Below, in pieces: positions 24,100 through 35,435 of a stretch of 41,356 bases of DNA. The position numbers and the translations under genes were made by a program. The first letter of the stretch is position 1; each line of letters begins with the position of its first letter. Source of the DNA: Octopus bimaculoides (taxonomy: Eukaryota); assembly GCF_001194135.2 (NCBI RefSeq), contig NC_068982.1, forward strand, positions 101,476,363 to 101,517,718, given 5' to 3'. The notes under the pieces were generated by a model, which saw nothing but the letters and a program-made list of their open reading frames with translations, was not told where the DNA came from and searched no databases.

Positions 24100-24514
24100 A
24101 GGGAGAAACTAAATGGTAGATATGAAAATCCCATGGGAGAATGAGGTTTCGGAAGAAATGGAGATATTTGTATTCGTTCCAAGGTAGAAAACGATCTAAT
24201 TTTTGTTCTGGCAAATGGAAAAACATTTTGGTTTATTTCCAGACAACGATATAATGAAATGTAAAAATGTGTTGCATGGTTATTAGGCGTGAACTGTGAA
24301 TAAGTTTTAATTGCATGTAGGGTACGAATTATTAACCTCAAGACAAAAAAAAAAAAAAAAAAAAAAGAAATTATGTATGAAGTGTGGTCATTAGCAGAAA
24401 GAGAAATGGTACTCTGGATAATAAATTGTTTATTAGTTACATTAATAACATTTATTAATATTTGATCTTGTGCCAATATACGAAATCACTGTTTATAGGG
24501 TAATCTGAAATGAT

Positions 24515-24660
24515 TGAACAGCCGAATCAGTAGAATGTTTGGTATAACTAAATAATAAATATATGCCTTACGTTATTTAAGTAAGTCCCTTGTTAAGGTT
24601 CTGGGTCCAAATCCAAACGAAGTCAATAGAGCTTTTACCTATCAGGCGTAGATTTATTCC
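24515..24660 (+). mobile_element. Highly degraded SINE family A-like remnant
   Basis: 'gccgaatcagtag' (A-box-like) and 'ttctgggtccaaatccaaacgaagtcaa..gcttttacctatc' weakly match the family A head and body. Confidence 0.4.
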
Positions 24661-25051
24661 AGTCTTCATGTGATTTGGCTTTTGTTTACCCCCCCCCCCG
24701 GACAATGATGGTAGAAATGTCCCAGAAAGAAATGCATTTAATTAGGGAAACTGTGCAGTCGTTTCTTGAAGAGCATGATACTTAGGGATACATTACCTAA
24801 TCCCTTCTAAACTCAGTAGAGTGTGATCTGAGGGAGATGTGGGTGCTATTTCTTGCAGGTGGAATGAGGGCATAAAGACACCTATAGGGACTAACAAATT
24901 CAATAACACATTCAGCAAAATTCTTTACAGTAGTCCATTCTATCCGCTTGCATTTTCGCTTCTCTCTTTATAAATTTGATAAAATTACCAACGGATTATT
25001 TTATAAACATCGAAATAAGGAAAACAAATAAATACTTACATTGCATGCATA

Positions 25052-25905
25052 CATTTATGCATCAAAAAGCTCCCGGACTAGTTGTGTAACGCGCCGACAA
25101 ATGGCAGCACTCGGTTGCATGTGCAGTGAGAGCTAGCAGTGATCTTCATGAAGCAGTGTGCCGAGCGAAATCGCTGTGTTTACTTCGCAAATTGTGAAAT
25201 TTATGTTTTTATGATCATGTGTATGCTATGGTCTGCGATTTTTTCATGGACAGGAAGCTGGAAGAAAGAACCAAGGTGAAATTTTGCGTTAAACTGGGGA
25301 AGTCTGCTACAGAGACATTGAGCATGCTCCAGCAAGCTTACGACGACGAGGCAATGGGACACACGCAATGTTTCGAGTGGCATGGACGCTTGACAGAGCT
25401 GCCGCTCAACCAAGAGCAAGCTCATTACTTTTTTCGACATCCGCAGTGTTGTACATTGAGAATTCGCCCCCAAGGACAGACCGTCAATCGAGAGTTCTAC
25501 TGCAACATTGTGAAGTGTTTGAGGGAGGACATTCAACGAAAACGACCAGATTACGACAACAATGCACCGTGTCACCAAGTTTCCCTCACTCGTGATTGAG
25601 TTTCTCTCCAAAAATAGCATGGTGTCACTTCCGCACCCGCCCTATTCGCCATATTTAGCACCTATCTTTTCCCCAAGATTAAAAACAGCTCAATGGTCGC
25701 CGTTTTAACACCGTTGTCGAGATCCAGAGCGAATCACTGAAGGCCCTCAATTCGCTCACGGAAAATGACTTCTAGGCGGATTCTAAGGTGGCAGGTTAAT
25801 TGCTGCGCAAGGTGGCTATTTCGAAGGATATGATGCTAAAACATAGGTAAATAAGTTATTTTGTATTAAACATAACTACTCTGGGAACTTTTTGATGCTA
25901 TCTCA
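25052..25905 (+). mobile_element. Mariner (Tc1/mariner) transposon, internally deleted, non-autonomous
   Basis: TIR cores gcatcaaaaagctcccggactagtt (25059-25083) and aactactctgggaactttttgatgc (25874-25898) match at 22/25, with TA dinucleotides at equivalent outer positions (25050-51 and 25906-07). Transposase remnants: KFCVKLGKSATETLSMLQQAY..CFEW (HTH), PQGQTVNREFY, DNNAPCH (HDNA), HPPYSPYLAP (YSPDLAP), GYFEG. About 850 bp versus ~1.3 kb for a full mariner. Confidence 0.93.
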
Positions 25906-25930
25906 TAGACACATGTTTGGTTGGCCAGCC

Positions 25931-26169
25931 TACTTTACTCCGTAAGGAGCATAGACCCGGTTTCCCGGTTTCTATAGCTTATATATTCCTCTCTGGACGG
26001 GAAGCCAGTCCGTCGCAGAGTTACTCATTTTTACTAGCTGAGTGGACTGGAGGTGCGTAAAATGATGTGTTTTGCTCAAGAGCACGAGACATCCCCCAGC
26101 CCAGGAATCGAAACAACAATCTTGCGATTATGAGTCTGACACCCTAACCATTAAGCCATACGCCTCCAC
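25931..26169 (-). mobile_element. SINE family B
   Basis: 'ccggtttcccggtttc..ggacgggaagccagtccgtcgcag..gctgagtggactggag..ttttgctcaagagcac..ggaatcgaaac..ccctaaccattaagccatacgcctccac'. Confidence 0.87.
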
Positions 26170-26275
26170 ACATACACACACACACATACATACATACATA
26201 CATACATACATAACAATTACCTCACGTAATGTATGTGTGTGTGTGTGTGTGTGTATGTGTGTGTGTGTGTGCACG
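26170..26275. repeat. (CA)/(TACA)n followed by an inverted (TG)n
   Basis: Directly visible. Confidence 0.92.
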
Positions 26276-26449
26276 TATGCCACTCTCTCGGTCATCATTG
26301 TAGGTTCTAGTGACAAGAACTGCAAGATGACCGGTTCTATTTTGACTGCAAGTTTTATGTTAGAATAACATTCTCCTGAAAGATATATTCTCCGAGGATT
26401 CAATGACCCTTACATAAGCACAAGGTTCAAAATTTTTAAAAAGGGATGC

Positions 26450-26570
26450 ATCGACTGCATTGACCTTAGTACTTGACTGGTTCTTAAATTTATTGAACCT
26501 GGCCGGGGGGTGGGCGGAGATCAAAAGCGAGAATCGCGGTGGGATTTGAACTTTGAACATAAAGGTTTGG
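26450..26570 (-). mobile_element. SINE family A, degraded fragment
   Basis: 'catcgac...cagtacttgactgg'-like 'ttagtacttgactggttcttaaatttattgaacc...cggtgggatttgaactttgaacataaag'. Confidence 0.55.
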
Positions 26571-26761
26571 ATAAAGAACAAACAAAACAAAACAAGGCAC
26601 GAGAGTTAATTACATTTGTGAAGCATCACAAATCAGAGTAACGCATGTTATATTCTACCCTAGTCATCCTTTCTTAAATGGCTAAAAGTAGCAGCAAAAT
26701 CTGTTTTAAATCATGTCCAACCGTTTTTAAAAAAAAAAGAAAGAAAAAGAAATACACATTT

Positions 26762-27165
26762 GACGCAGGCGTGACTGTGTGGTAAGTAACTTGCTTACCA
26801 ACCATGGTTCCGGGTTCAGTCCCACTGTGGGACACCTTGGGCAAGTGTCTTCTACTACAGCCTCGGGCCGACCAAAGCCTTGTGAGTGGATTTGATAGAC
26901 GGAAAACTGAAATAAGCCCGTCGTATATATATATAAATATATGTGTGTGTATATGTTTGAATGTCTGTGTTTGTACCCCCGCCATCACTTGACAACCGAT
27001 GGTGGTGTGTTTACGCCCCCGTAACTTAGGGGTTCAGCAAAAGAGACCGATAGAATAAGTACTAGGCTTACAGAATTAAGACCTTGGGTCGATTTGTTCG
27101 ACTAAAAGTGGTGCTCCAGCATGGCCGCAGTCAAATGACTGAAACAAGTAAAAAAAAATAAAAGA
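26762..27165 (+). mobile_element. SINE family D, full length, with internal (TA)(TG) microsatellite
   Basis: Head 'gcaggcgtgactgtgtggtaag..ccgggttcagtcccactg', 'ccttgggcaagtgtc', internal repeat at ~26923-26970, 3' end 'ctccagcatggccgcagtcaaatgactgaaacaagtaaa'. Confidence 0.92.
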
Positions 27166-27483
27166 ATATAAGTATTAGATCATGTGCTTCTAGTTATAAA
27201 ATATCTGAGAGGAGAAAAAAGGTGAGATGTTCACAAGTAAGCTTTTGACCATAAGTCAACTAGATTCCGGATCACATAGGCTAAACAACAATACCGCTTT
27301 AAATAAACATTCTTTTCGGGTGCCTTTTATGTGATGATTCTGAGGGAAAATATGTACCAAAAGTCGTGTTTTTCGATATCAGTAGACATTTGCTTTGCTG
27401 AAAATTAGTTGTTTTTACCCAGAGTGCGTGTCTGTGTTATTATTCAGAATTTGTAAACATTGGGAGCAAATTCTCAAACAGAA

Positions 27484-27510
27484 AGTGTGTGTGTGTGTTT
27501 GAGAGAGAGA

Positions 27511-27555
<45 letters not shown>
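27484..27555. repeat. (TG)n followed by (GA)n
   Basis: Directly visible. Confidence 0.95.
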
Positions 27556-27556
<1 letters not shown>

Positions 27557-29600
27557 TCATAATAACATAGAACCAATAACAAAGAAATTAAAGCAAACAA
27601 TTTGATTTCAGACGCTTCTATGATTCACTTTTTTGTGTCTGTTGAACTGTTCCTGCCGAAGTCATTGCTGTATTAAAACCGTCTATTATATACATTGTTT
27701 CCTTTTCACCCCTTAGAGACGCGACGCAAAATTAGAAGTTTAGTAGATTTTTATCTATTTTCTGTGTCATGTCATTATGGTAAATAGTTAATCCTCAAGG
27801 AAACACAGAATGTAAATAGACTGCTTATAGACACATAAAAATAATTCAGGTTTCATATGATCTGTGTTAGCGTCAAGCGTAAATATCCGGAAATAATATT
27901 TAATCAAATACAATCAATGAGTTGATATATTTATGAATTCTTACTGCAGTAGATCTACTTAGGTTGATTTAGTTGCGTATCTATTTCAGATCAGTGAAAC
28001 ACTTTTGACGAAGTGTTTTCATGTCTTGTTACAGGTTCGTGAGATCGAATTTGAATGTATTTGGTACCTTATCCAAAGGGGCATATAAGTAATTATTACT
28101 GGTACAATCTCATAAACTAACAAGCAATATATCAGCACATTTATTCATAAAGTAGTCTACAATTACTGAATAACATTAATAATTTAAACATTGCTGATTG
28201 TTAGAAATCCATTTTGCTAGGAGCTTTCATGCTTTGTGTTAAATGAAGTTTTCATCCTATACACACATAACCATCGTTTACTAGTTACTGCAAGGCATAT
28301 TGTATAACATCACCTTCCATGGTTATACGGTGTATTTCCTTCCTCTCACTATAATTTTCTTTGACAATTATTACATGTTGATTTAATTTTACTTCTAATA
28401 TCTGTCTGGTTTTCTGCATCTACTCGGTTTAATTGTCGACAGTGCGAAATTTATTGTGTTATATAAGTTGCTGTCTTCATAAATTTCATTAATTACAAGT
28501 ATTCTTTTGACAAGAGAAATAGAATAGGCCAGTAGGATAGATAGATATTGCTATATAACAGGCCTTAAATATATCACATCGTGGCGTGGAAGATATGGTG
28601 AGTAAGCTTGACTGAAATCATCAGCTTTTATTGAAATGCAAGTTATCTCATAACACTCGCAGATAATTTCAATTGCGGATATAAAACCCGGACCATTGGC
28701 TTGCGCAAACTATCTTAATAGCAATTTGAGATGCGTGGTGCAATTAACAAATATCAGTGAGATAGACGAAATGAAATACAAAGTATAAATTATTACGAAA
28801 TACAGTTTCTAAACGTTATGCTTTGGTAATCTTACCTGTTAATTTACCAAAGTAGGAGCAATGTAGCTAAAATATGTAATTCCTCAACCAGTAACGCAAG
28901 ATGATTTAACCTCTCACAGTTTAATTTATTCATCTTCCGTTGGTAGATTCTTTAAATATTTCATAGGATTTTAGAGACAAACTTTACACATTATTTTTAA
29001 ATGTTTATACAACATTATGTGTGGTAATCTCTTACAGTAATTCGCGTAAGATTTGCTACTAAAATACTGTTGTATTTTTGTAAATGAAGTAAGTACCGAT
29101 TTCTGCAGGATAGTTTCTTTATATAGTGTTTTATACAGCCAGGTAGCTAGAAATACAGTTATCAGTATAGCAGAAAGCGCCTTGAGATGACTGATGGTGT
29201 TTTGACATCTATTGTCTAAAGCGAGAATTTTCTCCAAGGCAAACCGCGTATAAAACGGCCGCTTTTTTTCACAGTTCAAAATATGTTACAAATACATTAA
29301 GAACTGATTTTAAAATTTACACATTTATTTTGTTACCAGGAGATTTTGATGTAGCATTGGTGAGTTGGTACATTTATCTGGTTGCTCTTTCAACCAAATA
29401 TAGCAGCCTAAAAACTCCTTAAACCACACTGTACTTTCTTAAAAAAGGACAAATTAGATATGGTCTAGGGTAATCTAATTCTGATAAAAAGAAGACTGAT
29501 GATCATTATTGCTTTACGTAATCAAGGATCACTTGGAGTCAAATAATAAAAACATTTGAAAGGAACCTATGTGCCAATATAGTTGATTTCGCATTTCCCT

Positions 29601-29761
29601 TATTGTAGCATATTCTGTTGTGTCTGGAGAGAGTCATTCTCTTTTAGTGCTTTATAATTTAACACACTCACCGGTAAAATTTCCACTTATTTCTTTTTTA
29701 TTTTCCTAAAATTTTCGTTGCGTCTTGCAACCTTTTCGATAGTTTTTGACTATTGTAGCAT
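29601..29761. repeat. 150-bp unit bounded by an 11-bp direct repeat (tattgtagcat)
   Basis: tattgtagcat at 29601-29611 and 29751-29761. Confidence 0.65.
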
Positions 29762-30375
29762 TTTTACTTAAAATACGTAAAGTTAAAAAAAGTCTATGCA
29801 GAACCTATAAATGCAGCATGTAATATAGAGATCTAATAAACAATTCTAAAAGTGGCACACACGTGGAAATCCCTCAGTTGATTTTAAAACCTCCAGATTG
29901 CTGGAAGTTTATAGAGAACTATGAAATACAAAATCTCTTTTGAAATTGTATTTTTTCTGGAGTATTTCACATTTGGGAGGGTATATAAAGTCCATTTATT
30001 TAATACTAAATGTCTACTATAAGGAGAGAAAATCTTTCAAACCTATCTTGATAGTTGTTATCGATTATTTTTCACTCTATGTTAAGAAATGAACGCGTTC
30101 TAGAAACAGCTACTCACAATGAGAAAATACTAGATCACTTCTCTCGCCCTTTCATTGAGACTATTTTACTAATATAAGGAAAATATCTTGAAAGAAAATT
30201 GTACTTAGCAAACACTTTATACAAACTTAACGATAGAATGATCTCGGAACTGAAATCTATGTTTAATATTATTCGGATATTGGTAGCGCTTTTGCAGTTT
30301 TAATACATCCTTATTTTAACATCAGAGAAAAGTGCACAGCGTTGGACTTGAACAAAGTACCGTAGTTACCTCCCC

Positions 30376-30376
<1 letters not shown>

Positions 30377-30413
<37 letters not shown>

Positions 30414-30510
30414 NNNNNNNNNNACGCATGTATTTGCGTGTGTGTGCGCAGGCACGTTTGTGTTTGCAAGTATATTTATACTCACACACATATACACACA
30501 CACGCATACA
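30377..30510. repeat. (TA)n, a 10-N gap (30414-30423), then degenerate (TG)/(CA)
   Basis: Directly visible. Confidence 0.9.
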
Positions 30511-32789
30511 TATAATCCTTAATTCAAAATATTTATTTCTGTCTTACGAATAATATAAATAATATAATATTTCAACTACAAGAGTTATTTTCTTCGATTC
30601 AGTTTCCGTTTATCAGTTAATTATCTTCAAACAATATAATATAATAATTTTATGCCTTCGATTTCGTTCTACAACTATAGAATGACATACAGAGACGGTG
30701 TAATACAATATTATAGATAAAGATTTCAATAAAAAATATTTACGTTAAAAACTCTATACTTTATATAATGTACATTCTCTAAACAACATGAACCCAGTAC
30801 AAGAAAGAACTTTAGGATATAACTGCCAAATTGCATGCCAATCGAACAATTCCATTCAAACTTGGAGCAATTTTATCAAAAATCGACCAATTCTATTTTT
30901 ACTTGCTTTTAATTCACAACGGTCGACTTCAATGGTGACTATTTACTGTGTTCAAGACAACTATAAATATAAGAATAAAGAGTCTTTGGTCAACATTTAG
31001 AATAAAGTGACATTATCTGAAAAAGATACATCATTACATATATACTTAAAATATAAAAATTGAAAAGAAAGATATCAAGAAAAACAATTTCTTACAAATA
31101 CCAGTGTTCACAAATGAAAATGTCGTTCTTTCTTCTGACACAATCTTTACTTTGATCTAAAGAATAAAACTCTACTTTTGTATCCTGCATTGATGCATGT
31201 CTCTGCACTACAATTCAAAACAAAATTCTAATACTAGCCACATTTAACGAATGTTTATCAAATTTTTATGACCGAACATTTTTTTTTCCATCAAAGCGAA
31301 CAGTATTCTTTTAAGTAAGTTCATAGGGTACTGAAAGTAAGTTCGAAGTGTGTCTAAGTTCGCAGTGAAATTTTATTAAATTCTACAAATGAAATATAAA
31401 TAAAATCAAAGATATCAACGGATTAATATAGAGGTTTAAGACTAATTAAATTTAAAACCACTTGGCCTACATAACATACGATGGAAGATAAATTTAGCAG
31501 GCCAGAGAAATCATGTTTTTTGTTTTTAAATATTACCAAAATAACATCATTCACGGAATATCACAGAATATCAAAGCTATAAGTTATTAGGGAAATGATA
31601 AAGGAAAAAAAAAAACCTTACATAGATACATGCTCTAATTCACTCTCTTAGATACTAACTTTATTGAAATGAATAAAGATTGAATCGACTTAATTAGCAA
31701 TTATAATTTATCGTTCGATTCTGCACAAATTCGAATCAACTACTTCTGACTTGTTCTATTCCATACGAAGTAGCAGTGAAAGAAGACAAAAAAATTCTTC
31801 ATGAATTTTTCCAACTGAGTTGAACATTGAAAAGATTTATTAATTATGTAATATTAAGAGAACGTGTGAAACAGTGAATTCATAGTGAAATTTCACCATT
31901 GATGTGGACAATTATTTGCAAGTTGAGAATTGTATGTCATATAACTTGTATGTTAACGGCAATACCGTGTGTTAATTCAAGTTGTTGATGAAAGCCATGA
32001 TGTAAAGAAAACAGTGGAGGCTATACAATTCAATACATTGTTGGACAGAATGTGCAACAGACTGTAACAGATTACTGAGATGTGCCAGCTCTAGGATTTC
32101 AGAAAATCAAAGAGCCACATATGTCCGCCATTAATTATTCAATATAAGTTGGCTATTGGAAATTTTGGATTGCTTAATTTTGGATTATAAGATATGATTT
32201 CAATCACGCTTGACGACTTAAGATATGGTGTGACTGGATTTTCTTTTATTGAGATCTACAATATCAAACTTGTCATTCCCTTTTGGAGACATAATTTAGG
32301 GAGGAATGTTGCAGGTTCTTCTAGGAGGTGGAACGCCCGTGTAGAAAAATTACGATAAACATTACTGTTAGTGTCAGTGTTGCTTGTTATTGCAAACTGC
32401 ATCATTGTATTAGAGACACACATATTAAATACAGAATCCTTGTATCTCCGAGAAGTAAAAATGCATTGAGTGTTTGCGATATTATCATTTTTTACAGGTA
32501 TCTTCTCTCTAATATCAAATTTATGACCACTCAACACATATTCTTATAATTCGATATTTATGTTGACAGCTGAAAGTAATCATTCATTCGTTTGTAAATC
32601 CCCACCTCTTCCTTCAGGCAATCTTATAGACATTTCTTGATATCCGTCAATGTCTAGTGGCACATTTATTTATTACATATTCCATTCATAAAATAATTTG
32701 CAATAAACCACATGGAGAAAAGTTGATCAATATGTTTCGACGGAAAGTGACTTGTATCATAGAGTTGAGATCAGACTTTTTCGTTGATG

Positions 32790-32970
32790 CATTTGACAAC
32801 CAGTGTGCGTTTATTTACGTCTCCATAACTTAGCGGTTCTGCAAAAGAGGCCGATAGAATAAGTACCATATATAAATAAATTAGTGCTGGTGGTGATCTA
32901 TTTGACTAAAACCCTTCAAGTCGATGCCCCAGCAAGGCTGAAGTCCATTGACAGATTAAAGTAAGCGATA
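32790..32970 (+). mobile_element. SINE family D, headless 3' half (inside the left arm of the inverted duplication)
   Basis: 'ttgacaacc..tttacgtctccataacttagcggttctgcaaaagaggccgatagaataagtacc...gactaaaacccttcaag..gccccagca'. Confidence 0.82.
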
Positions 32971-33779
32971 AAACATTAACATATTTTTTCTTGTGGCGAA
33001 TACCGTGGGGCAAAAGCTTAAACGCCTATCGCAGTGAAATCGTAATATTGCTTAAATCTACGTTAAAATTCATTCACTTTCCCAAGAATTTCTCCATATC
33101 TATCAAAATATCATGATCTGATGTACATTTGTTGAAATGAACCTTTGTAACTATTAAATAAATAAATACATAAATAAAATCCAAGACGGGAAGTTAGTAT
33201 CTAACGATAAATACTGCCTATGAGAAATAGAGCCAAATTTTAAATATTTGTTGTTGAATCGAATACATAGTTTATTTCTTTCAATTATGTTACGATTTTC
33301 TTAACTTTTACTGCTATGCTCAGTTCCACGCGGTAATCCCAACTTCATGGTGAAAGATAATATCATCGATCGAAAGATGTTTTAATTAGGTACTTAGTGT
33401 AGTACTTGTGACTGGAGTCGAACTATGCAATCATAAATATGTTTTCCGCGAACAAATTAGCGTACCACTTTCATTTCTAAATACAAAGGCGAAATATTTC
33501 TTGGGAAAGTGAATGAATTTTAACGTAGATTTAAGCAATATTACGATTTCACTGCGATAGGCGTTTAGGCTTTTGCCCCACGGTATTCGCCACAAGAAAA
33601 AATATGTTAATGTTTTATCGCTTACTTTAATCTGTCAATGGACTTCAGCCTTGCTGGGGCATCGACTTGAAGGGTTTTAGTCAAATAGATCACCACCAGC
33701 ACTAGTTTATTTATATATGGTACTTATTCTATCGGCCTCTTTTGCAGAACCGCTAAGTTATGGAGACGTAAATAAACGC
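32807..33779. repeat. Inverted duplication: arms 32807-33088 and 33498-33779 (282 bp, 2 mismatches), 409-bp spacer
   Basis: Manual base-by-base comparison of the left arm with the reverse complement of the right arm; the right arm ends at an N-gap. Confidence 0.95.
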
Positions 33780-33880
33780 NNNNNNNNNNNNNNNNNNNNN
33801 NNNNNNNNNNNNNNNNNNNNNNNNNNNNNNNNNNNNNNNNNNNNNNNNNNNNNNNNNNNNNNNNNNNNNNNNNNNNNNNN
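33780..33880. other. Assembly gap (N)
   Basis: Run of N followed by (TA)n. Confidence 1.
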
Positions 33881-34004
33881 TATATATATATATATATATA
33901 TGAAAAGGAATGGTATTATTAAAATACCATCGTGAGTGGCAAGCGAATTATCAGCCGTACAGGCAAATTAATAAAATATATACATTCAGTATATGACATG
34001 TACT

Positions 34005-34006
34005 TA

Positions 34007-34059
<53 letters not shown>

Positions 34060-34081
34060 CTCTCTCTATATATATATATAT
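34005..34081. repeat. (TATC)n(TC)n(TA)n compound microsatellite
   Basis: Directly visible. Confidence 0.95.
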
Positions 34082-34247
34082 GTCGGGATTCTACACAGTT
34101 TCTGCATGCCTGTATACTAAATTCACTCGCAAGTCGTTGGGGGTTATATAGTAGAAGAGACTTGCTCAAGGTGCCGTGCAATGAGACTAAGCCAGAAACT
34201 ATCTGGTTACAAAGTGAGTTTCTTAGCCGCACAGCCATACCAGCGCC
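34082..34247 (-). mobile_element. SINE family D, tRNA-like head (diverged); probably the 5' part of the element whose 3' half is ~33615-33779
   Basis: Reverse complement 'ggcgctggtatggctgtgcggctaagaa...ggcaccttgagcaagtctcttctactata...gagtgaattt' matches the 9255 and 26762 heads. Confidence 0.75.
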
Positions 34248-35194
34248 GAAATGGCAGCAATGGCAACGAAAAATGTTTAAAAAACATATAATAAAGAAAG
34301 ATACAGTGATTCAGTAAGCATTTTCTTGTTGAGGACAGTTAAATATATATCTTTACTAGAAGCTGTATGAAAGTCACATAAACTTATTCTGAAAACCAAA
34401 TCGATATTAATGAATACCAAATGAGAAAAAGACAACCTTAATTTCATGTTTACTCTACAGCAAGCAATGTGTGGGTAAAAAAGAAGTTGATTTATTCAGT
34501 TTGTATTATAGCTGATTATTTATTAAAAAGCTGTTTGTAGATATCACCATGTTCTTCAAACCCAATAATTACAGCGATAATTGTTTTGTTTTATTTAAAA
34601 TAAAACTTTCAGTGTATATTATTTCGGGATAAATTCACTTATAAACGTGCATTTGTGTTTCAGCAACACGTTTTTGCTTTTATAAGACAGTGATAGTTAT
34701 TTGAAACTGTCAATGTTTGCATAAACGATATAAAGATGTAAACGGTTTGTTTGATATTGTTTTTATATATTTTAATTATGTTGAAATATATATGCTCCGC
34801 AAGAACTTTGCCACAAATCCTATTTATCAAATCAGCTTCATTGCAGCATTCTCTTGATCTCGAATCTAAACTCTACAACATGGCAGTTGTGCTCATATGA
34901 ACATTCAAACTTTATACAGCTTTTATATTTTATAGTGACTTTTTTCATTTTATTGTCCACTTTCTAGTTATTTATTATCAAATCCGTAGTGATTAAATTA
35001 GCTGAAATAGTGGATTATCCGTCGGTCTCGACGATGAGCACTCGTTTGACCACATGTAATGAACATGTAAGCGGCTGAATATTCCATAAGCACATGTATT
35101 CATAATGTAGTTCTGAAGCCGAATCAGCATAACACAATCCATAGAGCATAGCTGGACATTTAAATTCAAGGTACAACCCAGAGAGAAGTGGGGG

Positions 35195-35336
<142 letters not shown>

Positions 35337-35349
35337 TCAACTCCTGTAT

Positions 35350-35435
35350 TGAATTGGAATTTTTTTCGAACCCGAATGGCTAAAAGGCAAAGTTGACCTC
35401 TGAGGCATTTGAAATCGCAGAGTAGATAGCTGGAA
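35350..35435 (-). mobile_element. SINE family A fragment
   Basis: 'cgaacccgaatggctaaaaggcaaagttgacctctgaggcatttgaa'. Confidence 0.6.

Noticed and set aside
24780-29470. Possible inverted pair of a further repeat (24780-24870 plus strand and 29380-29470 minus strand)
   Set aside because: Similarity by eye is low and short, and it cannot be supported without an alignment
31976-32549. Stretch with relatively few stops in one frame, plus ORFs 32256..32537 and 32328..32549
   Set aside because: Still interrupted by stops, and no transposase or host protein motif could be identified
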